DNA of 64,000 bases from NCBI RefSeq assembly GCF_964194025.1, contig NC_134476.1:23064001-23128000 (forward strand), read 5' to 3'. The notes below the pieces were generated by a model, which was not told the origin of the DNA, made no database searches, and was given only the letters and a program-made list of their open reading frames with translations. A program made the translations under genes and the position numbers. The DNA comes from Convolutriloba macropyga. Taxonomy: Eukaryota. Within the stretch, counting starts at the first letter, position 1; every line of letters starts with the position of its first letter. Below are positions 26,711-38,765 of the stretch, piece after piece.

Positions 26711-27334
26711 ATGCTGTTTATTGTTGGTGCTAGCTCCCTTAGTCGAACAATAAGCAAATTGCGTGAACCTCAGTATTCTCGTCACGTAAAATCCTCCATA
26801 GCTGAGCCTGGGTTGAGCTTCAAAGCTTTCAAGCAAAGGAAAACTGTGCAGTATAAATTAAGCGTTCAGTACCCACACGCAGACAAAGTTATCATTTGGC
26901 ACGACGCCATAAATAATAGTTTAACGCCTCATCACAACAACAATCATAACCCATTATCCGCAAAAGAGTTAATTGAGGAGCTTAATCTTGTTAAGAACAA
27001 AATAAGTGCAGTAGTCTACTGCCCCCGGCAAGGAGCTCCTGATATCTTTGCAGCACTTAAACAGACAGATTTTGTTGTAGTCCACGTTTTAAAAGATTTG
27101 CTTTCAAAACGCAAAGCAAAGAACCCGGCTGTTGTTAACGACTACACCCAATTGCATCCACCTTTCTCTTGTGAGATCAAGTCCCTAACAATTGTAAGGT
27201 TCTATAGCTTCGACCTTAATTGTCTTATTAAGAAAACGCGTCCGAAGAGACTGAACCAGCGACGTCGAAAAGCTCGCCCTAACAGGGCTGCTGCTCTCTT
27301 GGAGGATTCCGCTCTCGAGCCGTGGCTAGCTTAA
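26711..27334 (+). CDS. Extra ORF upstream of gag, SGNH/GDSL hydrolase-like fold with basic tail (207 aa)
   Basis: ATG start, intact; IVGASS (block I), AEPGLS (II), VIIWHDAINNS (III), YTQLHP (V) in the expected order; tail RPKRLNQRRRKAR. Confidence 0.65.
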   Translation: MLFIVGASSLSRTISKLREPQYSRHVKSSIAEPGLSFKAFKQRKTVQYKLSVQYPHADKVIIWHDAINNSLTPHHNNNHNPLSAKELIEELNLVKNKISAVVYCPRQGAPDIFAALKQTDFVVVHVLKDLLSKRKAKNPAVVNDYTQLHPPFSCEIKSLTIVRFYSFDLNCLIKKTRPKRLNQRRRKARPNRAAALLEDSALEPWLA

Positions 27335-27585
27335 GTGCAAGGCTATAGCTTGGCAGTGGTTTCCTCCTGGCTAGTGACGGTGCTGTTAAATTGAGCTCGT
27401 CGGCCATCCCCGTTAATCTTAAAATTTTATCTCACGAACGGAACACATCGATTACGTCCCTGATTGCTTAGATAAACCAATAACCCTTTAATTGTATTCC
27501 CATAACTTAATATTGTAATATAAAATTGTTGAGTGCATAAAGAAATCATTCTAATTGAAGTTCAATTTTTACAACTGTTCTAAGG

Positions 27586-29610
27586 ATGGAAGCCCGAGTA
27601 ACAAAATTGATTGAAGCAAGATCTAAGGCCGAACTAAACGTAAACGAAGTTTACAGAGGCATAGATGAAGCCATTGAAGGCGCTGCACGAAAAGCACGAG
27701 TCGAAACCATGGTAGGCAAGGCCAAAGACCTTTTGTCTACAGCAATGTCCAAAAATAACCAGTTAATAAAGTTAGCCGCCCGACACCCTAACAAAGCACA
27801 AATCACCGAGGACCTGGAACTCTGGTTGAACGAGGCAAGCGAAACACATGATAAGTATGTGATAAGGGCGCGCCAATACATCGAGTCACTCACAGAACCT
27901 CAAAGTACCAGCAAAACTCAGAGGAAAACGTCGAGTAGAGGTACAAAGACGAATTCGATGGCCTCAAGTCAAAAACGCCTAATAGCAAAACTCAAGCGAG
28001 AAGAGATAGAAAGAGAAAACGAAAATAAGTTAAAACTGGCTCAACAAAAGCATCAACTAGAGCTGAACACAATCAGCGAAGAAAACAGAAAAAGGCTTTT
28101 TGAAGCCAAAGTGAACGAGCTCGAGGCGATGGAGTCCTCGGATGAAAGCCTAGGTAATGAGTTTGACGATCAACTGACGTCAAACCATATCGATACTGTT
28201 GAACGTGTAACTGATTGGGTAAACAATGCCAACCCCAATAACACAATGCCTGCCGCGATCGAAACAATGCCTTCAGAAGTACCACGAAACTCAGGAGCTG
28301 CTAATCCAGGAATTGCTGCTCCGCAGATGGAGATCAATCCACTACTTGGTAGATCACGAGATCATGTACCAGTTGAAAATTTGCAACGTAATGACGCGCA
28401 GATAGGTCCATCCCTAACAGACATTACTCAAGTCCCGCAAGCCTCATTAGGAGGTTTCCACGATCAATCACTATTTGCTAACACTAATAGCAGCTTCACC
28501 CGAACACCCAGAGGGCTATCGTACTTCCTTTCTTTGGGAAATAATGATGCGCAGCTACCTGATGAAAATCTGCAAACAGATAGTCAGAACATTCAAGTGG
28601 CTGTTAACTTATCGGACAATGTCGTTAGACCTAATCATCCTTTTTCCCAGGGTGAAGCGTTGAATCTGACGTCAAATTATGCCAATCCCAATAACTCTGA
28701 ACAACGGCAGAGCCAAGCAGCGAACGTAAACAACAGTATGATGCTAAGTACACACACAAACCTTCCAATTTTTGTGAATCAGAGCACAAACAATCAAAAC
28801 GTCGTTGCTAATACAAACAACACGAATGTTGTCTTAAGCCAACTGTTCACTCAGAATCAAAATGCAAACGTTCAGAGTAGACATAACCCACTTCCGAACC
28901 ATCGTCAAAATTATTATCCAATGGCAAGCCACCTCTTACCGAATTTAACTCTTTGGCATATGCCAACTTTAGATACTGTAGCCCAGTCAGTTTCCCAAGT
29001 GAACGCACAACAAATGGCAAACTCAAGTATGAGCCAACCTTTGGTATCGTTTTCGAGTGGTGGTACAACTTTTTATCATCAAAACCCCTTCTCAACAGCT
29101 ACCCTGGTAAATCAGCCAAATAAACCAGTGTCAGCACCTTTGCATCAACCTGCAGCTCCAACGCCTCTTTATCAACAACCCACGATGCCCATATACCCGT
29201 CAAGCTCTTTCACGCCTCTCCCCGCAGCACAAATATCTCAAACAAATCAGTCATTCAATGTGAAAGACTTGGCCGACGCTATAACTTCTAGTCATCTCAA
29301 TCCCTTGCCTAAATGGAACCTTTTCAATTACAATGGAGACCCACTTTTGTGGCACGAAAAGATAGGACAATTCAGAAGTGCAATAGATTCCCAGAAACTC
29401 TCAGATGCTGCCAAATTGACCTATCTGAAAGGACTTTTAACTGGAAAAGCGAAGAAATCCATAGAACAGTTCGCGTATTCAGGAGCTGTATACAATGACG
29501 CAATGAAAGTGTTGGAAAGAAAATTCGGCCAACCACGATGTCCAAAATTTACAAATGAGAGCCCAACACAAAGAACAAGAATTGTCGCTGAGAATAGGCT
29601 GTGCTTATAG
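27586..29610 (+). CDS. gag: BEL/Pao Gag N-terminal part, truncated by an internal duplication
   Basis: Coiled-coil N-terminus, N/Q/P-rich linker, DUF1759-type YNGDPLLW..F...KLTYLKGLL.G.A...L..KFG. Confidence 0.85.
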   Translation: MEARVTKLIEARSKAELNVNEVYRGIDEAIEGAARKARVETMVGKAKDLLSTAMSKNNQLIKLAARHPNKAQITEDLELWLNEASETHDKYVIRARQYIESLTEPQSTSKTQRKTSSRGTKTNSMASSQKRLIAKLKREEIERENENKLKLAQQKHQLELNTISEENRKRLFEAKVNELEAMESSDESLGNEFDDQLTSNHIDTVERVTDWVNNANPNNTMPAAIETMPSEVPRNSGAANPGIAAPQMEINPLLGRSRDHVPVENLQRNDAQIGPSLTDITQVPQASLGGFHDQSLFANTNSSFTRTPRGLSYFLSLGNNDAQLPDENLQTDSQNIQVAVNLSDNVVRPNHPFSQGEALNLTSNYANPNNSEQRQSQAANVNNSMMLSTHTNLPIFVNQSTNNQNVVANTNNTNVVLSQLFTQNQNANVQSRHNPLPNHRQNYYPMASHLLPNLTLWHMPTLDTVAQSVSQVNAQQMANSSMSQPLVSFSSGGTTFYHQNPFSTATLVNQPNKPVSAPLHQPAAPTPLYQQPTMPIYPSSSFTPLPAAQISQTNQSFNVKDLADAITSSHLNPLPKWNLFNYNGDPLLWHEKIGQFRSAIDSQKLSDAAKLTYLKGLLTGKAKKSIEQFAYSGAVYNDAMKVLERKFGQPRCPKFTNESPTQRTRIVAENRLCL

Positions 29611-30636
29611 GCGGGGTATCGTACTTCCTTTCTTTGGGAAATAATGATGCGCAGCTACCTGATGAAAATCTGCAAACAGATAGTCAGAACATTCAAGTGG
29701 CTGTTAACTTATCGGACAATGTCGTTAGACCTAATCATCCTTTTTCCCAGGGTGAAGCGTTGAATCTGACGTCAAATTATGCCAATCCCAATAACTCTGA
29801 ACAACGGCAGAGCCAAGCAGCGAACGTAAACAACAGTATGATGCTAAGTACACACACAAACCTTCCAATTTTTGTGAATCAGAGCACAAACAATCAAAAC
29901 GTCGTTGCTAATACAAACAACACGAATGTTGTCTTAAGCCAACTGTTCAATCAGAATCAAAATGCAAACGTTCAGAGTAGACATAACCCACTTCCGAACC
30001 ATCGTCAAAATTATTATCCAATGGCAAGCCACCTCTTACCGAATTTAACTCTTTGGCATATGCCAACTTTAGATACTGTAGCCCAGTCAGTTTCCCAAGT
30101 GAACGCACAACAAAAGGCAAACTCAAGTATGAGCCAACCTGTGGTATCGTTTTCGAGTGGTGGTACAACTTTTTATCATCAAAACCCCTTCTCAACAGCT
30201 ACCCTGGTAAATCAGCCAAATAAACCAGTGTCAGCACCTTTGCATCAACCTGCAGCTCCAACGCCTCTTTATCAACAACCCACGATGCCCATATACCCGT
30301 CAAGCTCTTTCACGCCTCTCCCCGCAGCACAAATATCTCAAACAAATCAGTCATTCAATGTGAAAGACTTGGCCGACGCTATAACTTCTAGTCATCTCAA
30401 TCCCTTGCCTAAATGGAACCTTTCCAATTACAATGGAGACCCACTTTTGTGGCACGAAAAGATAGGACAATTCAGAAGTGCAATAGATTCCCAGAATCTC
30501 TCAGATGCTGCCAAATTGACCTATCTGAAAGGACTTTTAACTGGAAAAGCGAAGAAATCCATAGAACAGTTCGCGTATTCAGGAGCTGTATACAATGACG
30601 CAATGAAAGTGTTGGAAAGAAAATTCGGCCAACCAC
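28517..30636 (+). repeat. 1020-bp internal direct duplication of gag (28517-29536 = 29617-30636)
   Basis: Offset 1100 bp, ~5 substitutions seen; the 80-bp junction contains a copy of 31113-31183. Confidence 0.95.
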
Positions 30637-33600
30637 ACGCCATTGTTGGTGCTCATCTGGATAAGCTGAAAAACTACCCCCCACTAAAGATGCATAACTC
30701 CGAAAACATTATTGCCTATGCGTCCGTAATTTCTAGTCTGGTTGGCGTGTTTCGATCATTATCGTATGAGGCCGATCTTCAAAGTTCGTCGTTAGTAAAT
30801 CAAGCCGTGGATAAGCTACCGCCAAATCTTAAAGAATTTTGGTGCTCACACATTGTGAGGAACCAATGGGACCGTCCAACGTTGCTGGATTTCAATGATT
30901 GGCTGCAAACGAAATCTGACACTCATGACCGCATGAAAACAGCCAAGTTTAAAACGAAACCTGAAGAGCCGTCTTTTCCGTCGAAAACAAAAACTACATC
31001 GAAGGTTTTTGCATCTAGTTCAAAAATAACTGACGCGAAAACGAAAACCCAAACTCCAAGACCCATTAAGGATGAACCTTGCCCTCATTGTAAGGCTAAC
31101 CATCCTTTGTGGCGATCTCCAAAATTTACAAGTGAGAGCCCAACACAAAGAACAAGAATTTTCGCTGAGAATAGGCTGTGCTTCTCTTGCTTGAAAGGGT
31201 CACATCAGTTTAGAAATTGCCCCAATCCCAGAAAATGTAAACATTCTGGTTGCACTAGTTCACACAATTCATTGCTACACGGAGCGGATCGTATCTTCCC
31301 TAAAAACAATCTTAAGAAAGGAAGTAAAGCTAACAATGCTCCAACTATACAGCCGTCCTCATCAGTAACAATTGGTGGTAAGAATGAACTACCGATTCAG
31401 AGTAGCTCGTCCTCTTTTCCCTCAGTATCGGACGTAAAAGGTCTTCTGCAAGTGAAACAGGTTGAATTAATTAGCCCCACTGATGAGAAAACAAAAGTTT
31501 TTGCGCTATGTGATCCCGCATGTAGTCATTCATGGATTTCAAGTGCTGCAGCTGAACGTCTTAAGCTTAAGGGTAAAAGTCTCAAATTAACGGTTTGCGG
31601 GATAAACACTCAGCAAACAATTGATACACTTGTGACAGATGTCACCGTAAAACCTATAGCAGAAAACACTTGTGAAAGTTTCCAGGTTAGTCCATATATT
31701 AGGGAGAACTTAATGATTGGTTCTGATATAGTGGACGTCCCCCATTTGCAAGAAACCTACCCGTACTTGAGTGTTCTGGATCCCGTTCGGTATAGCTATT
31801 CGAATATCGAAATGATTCTAGGCCAGGACGTGTACCACGCCATCCGCCCGATTGAGTATTTTGAAAGCGAATCAAAATGCGCCCCCGTTGCCGTCCGTCT
31901 ACCAATAGGATGGGTGTTGAGTGGTCCACTGCCTTCAAGCTCTAGTTTCGTTTCGTCCTGCTTCAAAGCTATTGTTGAGCCAGAACAGGATTTAGTAGAA
32001 CAGTTAAGAACCTGGTACGAATTGGAGTCTTACGGTGCAATGAAAGAAGTTGATCCAAGGTCATCAGCAGACCGCAGAGCAGTCGAAATCTTTAAAAAAG
32101 CCACGACGCACGACGGTCAAAGATATCAAGTTGGAATGCTTTGGGCTAATGACGACCTCGACTTACCTAACAACTCTTACTCAGCGCTCGTGCAGCTAAA
32201 GTCCCTCGAGAAAAGGCTTTCTAAGGACGAAGAACTTCGGTCTAAATTTTCAAAGAACATAAATGATGATGTCGAGAAAGGCTACGTTTTTCGAGTAGAA
32301 AACCCAAAAGATCCCAGTCAGCGATCCAGACGTGAGTGGTACTTACCACACCAACCTGTAATAAATCCAAATAAACCTGGAAAAATTAGAAGGGTATTAA
32401 ATGGTGCCGCAAAATTCCACGGAACTTCTTTAAATAGATCGTTACTGACAGGCCCTGACCTACTTCAGCGTCTCATTCATACCCTCATCCGTTTTAGGCA
32501 GCATAAGTATGCCGTCTCCGCCGGTATTGAGGGTATGTTCCTTCAAGTGGGCGTCCCACTCGCCGACCAGCCCTGTCTCAGATTTTTGTGGCCGGAGGAC
32601 CCATCATCAGAAGTGATGGTATACCAATACAGCCGACATATATTCGGTGCGAAGGATTCGCCAACTTGCGCGAACTTTGCGCTTCGGAAAACAGCAAAAG
32701 ACAACATTCGTAAGTTCCCCGATGCTGCGCAAGCTGTATTAGATAAATTCTATATGGACGACTATTTGGATTCTCTAGAAACACCACACGAAGCACTAAG
32801 TAGTTCCAAGAAGTTAGTTGAGTTATTGAATTTAGGACGATTCAAGCTAACAAAATTTATAAGTAACACGCCGTACTTACTGGATGAAATCGAAAACAAT
32901 GATCATTTATGCCAACCTAAAGTGATCTTAGTTTCTGATGAAGAAGCTTCTTCACATGTTCTGGGTATAAAATGGGACCATCGAAAGGATACCTTAGTCG
33001 TTAGTCGAGGCACGAAGTGCGACGAAAGCAACAAAGTCACGCAACGCTTAGTCCTCAGCTTAGTAGCAAAAGTCTTCGACCCCATTGGGTTGGTCGCGCC
33101 ATTCACGGTTACTGCTCGACTATTGTTGAAGGACATTTGGAGACTGAGTGGCCAAAACTGGGACAACACCCTGCCCATTGAAATGATGAATAGGTTCAAA
33201 GTCTGGAGTTCAGATCTGCCTAAATTATGCAATTTAACTATCCCTAGAAGTTTCTTCTCCGGGGCTTTCGATCAGTTGGAGCTCCACGTTTTCGGAGACA
33301 GCTCTCAGGATGTTTTTAGCTCAGTTGCCTTCCTCAGGGCCAGAGTAAAATCAGGAAGTATTGGACGCACTGAAATTGCGTTTGTTCTAGGGAAAGCGAG
33401 GGTTGCCCCCATGAAGTGCTTAACAGTTCCTAAACTAGAGTTACAGGCCGCCCTCTTGGCGACACGATTGAAAGTTGACATAATTAAAGCCCTAACAATT
33501 CCTTTGAGCAGAGTCTTTATGTGGACTGATAGTACCACTGTCCTGCAGTGGCTGGGTTCACTTGACAAGCAACCTATATTTGTTGCTAACAGAGTTTCTG

Positions 33601-35384
33601 AAATTCTAGAGTCAACAACTGTTGATCAGTGGTTCCATGTGCCAACCGCAGACAACCCAGCAGATGCTGGAACAAGAGGCATGTCAGCTGAAAACTTAAG
33701 AACAAGCAGTTGGTTAACAGGGGCAAGCTTTTTGTTTACTTCTCACTTCCCTTTTCAACCCAGCACAAGCATCAGAGATAGCCTTCAAACAAAACCATCC
33801 TTGCACAATTCACAAAAGGATGTAACGGAGCCACAAATGGCGTTTGCCGGCAATACAATGCAACCTGAGAAAATATTTGATTTTGATAGGTACAGTTCTT
33901 TCAACAAACTAGTTCGAATTACAGCCTATCTCCTCCGTATACTCCCCAAACATGCTTCATATCTTACACCAGACCGCAATATTTGCAATCCTGATGAACT
34001 TCAAGTAGCTGAGGCTAAGCTTCAGTTTCTCATGCAGTTGGAATCATTCCCAGTTGAACAAAAACTTCACTTTGATGGTAAACAAATTAACAAGAAGAGT
34101 CGCATCGCACCATTCTCGCCCTTCATTGGCCCAAATGCCTTGATTAGATCAACCGGCCGATTGAAACGTTTGGTCGAGGCGGACTATGACCTCAAACCCC
34201 CCATTATTTTAGATGGCCGTCATCCTGCAGTAAAATTGTTTCTTTTGAAGGCACACCTAGAAAACCACCGCGAAAGTGTTGAATTCTTACGAGCTTTCAT
34301 CCAGCGCCGTTTTGCTATCATCAGGCTTCGTCCCGCTTTGAGGTCAATCAAGCACAATTGTATCTTGTGTCGTAAGCGTAGTGCAGACACAGTGAAGCCA
34401 ATTATGGCGGATCTACCAGTCGAGCGTCTGTCCTATGGTAACCCACCTTTCTCCAACTCAGGGATAGACTAATTCGGACCGTTCTATGTCGCCGTCAAGC
34501 GTTCAACTGAGAAGCGCTGGGGGTTCCTTTTCACGTGCCTTATAACTCGAGCGCTCCACATTGAAGTCGTAAATTCTATGGATACCAGCTCTTGTGTTAT
34601 GGGCATAGAAAGATTCATCGCACGAAGAGGGACACCGCAAGTTCTATGGTCAGACAATGGAACAAACTTTACTGGTGCGGAGAAAGAGTTGTCAGCTTGC
34701 TTTAAAGCTTTGAACCAACGTGCGATTGCAAGTAAAATGTCACAGAAAGGTATTAAGTGGCACTTTAACCCTCCATCTTCCCCCCATCATGGTGGTTCGT
34801 GGGAACGCATGGTACGGAGTGTCAAACGGACATTCTACGCTGTACTCGGTAACCACCGATTGACTGACGAGGTGCTCCAAACAACATTCTGTCTAGTTGA
34901 AATGACGCTCAACAACCGGCCGCTCACTTCTGTAAGCAATGATCCATCAGAAATGGACGCAATTACTCCAAATCATTTTCTCCTCGGGTTCCGTCCTAGT
35001 ATGCTCTCTTCATTAGTTGAAAAGGAAGATTTTAATCACAGAAAGCGTTACGTCCGGGCGCAATCATATGACGACTCAATTTGGAAACGATGGTTGGATG
35101 AGTACGTACCGGCTTTGAATCGTCGCAGTAAATGGTCAAAATCCGCTTCAGATGAGCTAAAAACAGGAGATCTGGTATGGCTCGCCGAAGACTCATCTCC
35201 CCGAGGCCATTTTCCTCTAGGACGTATCGAAAAACTTCGCTTTGGTGACGACGGCTTTGCCCGTTCCGCCGAAATAAGAACTAAGTCTGGTAACTATGTC
35301 AGACCCGTAATTAAATTAATTCCAGTTTTTGGTACACCACTTTTGGGGCCGGAGGATGTGAATACAAATGTAAGCGAGCAATAA
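29617..35384 (+). pseudogene. pol: BEL/Pao Gag-Pol remainder (zinc knuckles, PR, RT, RNase H, IN) with an in-frame TAA at 34470-34472
   Basis: Triple CCHC cluster, ALCDPACS (PR, D-T/S altered), WYLPH..KPGKIR, SAGIEGMF (RT Asp to Gly), YMDD, HVFGDSS/PKLEL/NPAD, GID*FGP, SDNGTNF, GGSWE; frame continues into the 34578 ORF and the 3' LTR. Confidence 0.93.
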
Positions 35385-35936
35385 ATGTGAGCGAGAAATG
35401 TGAACTGCAAATGTGAACGAGTTTATATTTAAATTGTATGCGTAACAAAACAAGTAACCATAGCGCAGTTAGTATAGCACTGTACTCTCAATCTAAAGAC
35501 CGGTGTTTCGAGCCCCAACCATGTCAAACCTTACGAAGCAAAATCCGTATTCTAATACATGTGCCTTGAGCAAAGAGCCGTTTGAGAGCGAGCGGTTTTA
35601 AGCTAAACTACCAGATTTAGACAAAGATGACTTGGATATAAAATTATTAGAGTAACAAAACGCATTGAATGGTTTAACTTTAAGGCCAAAGCAAGGCCAA
35701 ATTACGTCACACATGAACTGAATTGACCTTTATTGGCCCACAAAAGGCTAAGAGGTCCTGTCTAGCCTTTTCGCCGCCAGTGTTACTTTAGATATCTTAT
35801 GTGTACGACCAAGAGGATTGTTATGCGTGATCGAATAAGTGCTTATCGTTGAAAATACGTATTGTTATCTTGAACAAAAATTGTTCTTTTAACCGTTTTC
35901 TGTAGTTCGAGTCTTAGACGTTATCCAGCTCGAATA
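35357..35936 (+). repeat. 3' LTR of BEL/Pao element (580 bp)
   Basis: Preceded by PPT 35345-35356, followed by TSD CTTAT. Confidence 0.95.
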
Positions 35937-36049
35937 CTTATATCGTAATCTAATCACCTACAAAAATGTTTTCCATATTACGATAATGCAACATTGCGAG
36001 GAAAATTTGATAGAAAGCAAATTAACAAAATGTTTTCGTTTCTTTATCC

Positions 36050-36221
36050 GGATCTATTATGTTTCGCCCCCCCCCCCCCAGTGTTTTTTATGACACCCAG
36101 TTACAAATTATATGTTGTTATATAGCACGTTACTATGTACGAAAATAGCAGGTGCACCTGGGGGTCATAAAAAATTTATGCTCACTAAGCTGGGGGGGGG
36201 GGGGGGGAACAGAATAGATCC
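36050..36221. mobile_element. MITE with GGATC termini and 8-bp TSD (Merlin-like)
   Basis: GGATCTATT.TGTT..CCCC / GGGGAACAGAATAGATCC; CTTTATCC at 36042-36049 and 36222-36229. Confidence 0.85.
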
Positions 36222-37939
36222 CTTTATCCAAAAACATCACATAAAAGTCTACACATGAAAAGATATTGAAGTTGAGAGAAGAATTGGTTGATTGAATGAG
36301 TGAAGAAGAGGGTCTGTTTTCTCTTTTGTATAGCTGATATTAGCTTGGATTAGTCAGTACAGAATTTCAATCTTTAATCAGCAAATGTAGAAGATAATAT
36401 TGAAACACTCACGTCTGCAATGCAACAACTTAGCTAGAAGTTACTAAGTTCCTACTTAGCCAGAAGTTGACTTCCATTGACTTTCGTCATTTTAGAACGG
36501 GCGCGTTTTGAGTTTTAAGCATTTGTTACGTAACTATGCAGAAGTAACTTCGAAATTTTTGTCCTGAATATCTAGAGCCACTTCGCAGTTCCCGATAAAC
36601 AGCAGAAGTTCTCATTGACTTCCAGCATAATCACGTAACCATTACGTAAAACTTCCCCTGCAAATGAATAATCGCTCGAGTGTTTTGTGCTCCACATTTA
36701 CATCATACTGTTTGACCAAGCTGATCAAAACTCGAGCATTTGCAGCTTTCCTGAATATATTTGTCTCAATCAATTGCAAACAATTGGAATTTCTCTGATT
36801 CTGTAAGTTTTGAGTTAAGATCGGAAAGCAAAGTGACCTTCACGAAACTGCTTGTTCGCAAAATTTTTAACGACCTCTCAATTGGTTTGTTCGAAATAAA
36901 TTGAACAGCTCATATGAAGTACTCTTGTGTCTTGTCTGCCCGATTTTTTTTTGAAAGTTAGCTCCTGCATTTATGTAGATAAGATGGCTCTTATTATCAC
37001 TACAAGGAGTTAATTAATAAATTCGTTCATTCACTTATTATTTGCACAATGTATCATTAGATCAACGACACACCACCTTGTGTACACAATTACTCTCCTG
37101 CCAATTTACTACTTGCGCTGTGATCGATTGCAACGTTCATATTTTCGCATCATTGACCAACAACATCCTTTTCGAAATTGATTTTATGATTTGAGCAGAA
37201 AAAAATCTATCAAATCTTTTGTATTTATATCTTTTATATCGCAGTTAGAACTTCCGATCACATTTTCTTTGCAAAAAAACTGAACGATCTTAACTTCTGG
37301 TAGAAATTGAACATATTAGCTTCAAGGCCTTACCTTTGAGAACGAGAACAAAACCATATTATAAATAGCCAAAATTCGTTCCACGCTTGAAACGGTGTTT
37401 GAATGCTTTTTCATTAAAACTAGCTTCTTGTTTTCAGACTTTTGGGATGCTACACGCATACAGTCCTCTTCTATAAATATCTATACGCTTTTGCAAAATG
37501 TCTGTTGATCATTTGAAGAAACAATCAGTAGTGTGTTGAATTAATTTTGACTTGGTGAAAACGGCTTCACAATTTTGTAAAAAATAACAGATCTTAAAAT
37601 AAGTGATTTATATGCAAAAAGTCTAAACCTTTAAATTTGAAGAACTTTAAGGGAAACTTTTGGGATAACAAGTAACTGATTGATTTAATTCTAGCATTCA
37701 TTTTCGTCTTTTTGTTTTAATTAAGGATCCAAAAGTAATAACAAAAATTTTGTTCGGCAGTTTTTGGCAATTGAGCTGGCACCTAGTTTCATGTGAGCCC
37801 TGGTCATGGTCTAACAGAAGCTATTCAATCATCAAATGCAAAACCATTTAATTGCTAGTTTGTTGAGGTCTTCATAGCATCTCATTGATATAATTCGCAT
37901 CATTATAGTGTCCGTGAAGCGGAGATTAATTCGGAAAAT

Positions 37940-38765
37940 CTTTATGCTGTGTTCTCTAGGGTAATGTTGGGGTACTCACCTTGAACACTCGGAAATGTAT
38001 ATTGATGTCTTGTTTGAACGAGGAAAAAAACTGTTGAGAAAAAGATCGAAACGAAATAGTTGCCATTTTTGAGTCTTGTGGTCTTGTTTGAGTCACAAGG
38101 AAGAAAAATGACTCCCATAACAAGGTAAACTTATGCAATTTAGAATGTGAATGTGAAGTTTTTAATCATCCATTTTTGTTTATGCGGATAATCGTGCAAT
38201 AATCAACTAGAAGTGATAAGTGTACAGTTAGTTGCTCTGATGTCCTCAAAAACCAAAATGGCGCTTTTACTTCAGTTACACATCATTTAAGCAAAACACA
38301 GATTGTAGAAAAACACCATTCCCATGAAATCGGATTGAACCAGAACAACTAACAATTGTCTAACATATTACCAAATTACAGATATTCACTGCTAAACATT
38401 CGGCTAAATTGAACACTTTTTTCATTCGCAATTGAACGTATTACTTTTGGTCAATAATAAAGCAATAATTAATTTTTATCTGATCTTTGCTTGAGACACC
38501 ATATGCGCTGATTGTCACCAAATTCGATATTGTTGTCCAAAAGACAAATTTCGCTGATGTATGATTTTATATAAATTTAAAGAAATGCGCAAGGATTGCA
38601 AAAATCAAAATTTCAACCCAAGCCGTGTTAAAATCTAATGTGCCATGAAAATGTTCTTTATGCTGTGTTCTCTAGGGTGATATTCGGGTACTGACTTCGA
38701 ACTTTCGGATATGTATATTGATGTCTTCTTCGAATTACGAAGAAAAAAACTGTTGAGAAGAAGGA
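37940..38765. repeat. Two ~105-bp direct repeats (~37940-38046, ~38657-38765), possibly a duplicated minus-strand exon end
   Basis: CTTTATGCTGTGTTCTCTAGGGT...ATGTATATTGATGTCTT...AAAAAAACTGTTGAGAA in both; first copy has minus-strand AAG|GTGAGT. Confidence 0.7.

Larger units (their letters stand above)
24330..35936 (+). mobile_element. Full-length BEL/Pao LTR retrotransposon (11.6 kb), defective
   Basis: LTRs 24330-24896 and 35357-35936; TSD CTTAT at 24325-24329 and 35937-35941; TGG-type PBS; PPT GGGGCCGGAGGA; domain order gag-PR-RT-RH-IN. Confidence 0.97.

Noticed and set aside
34470-34472. Programmed readthrough before integrase
   Set aside because: The TAA replaces the conserved Tyr of GIDYFGP; RT and PR motifs are also mutated, so it is simple decay
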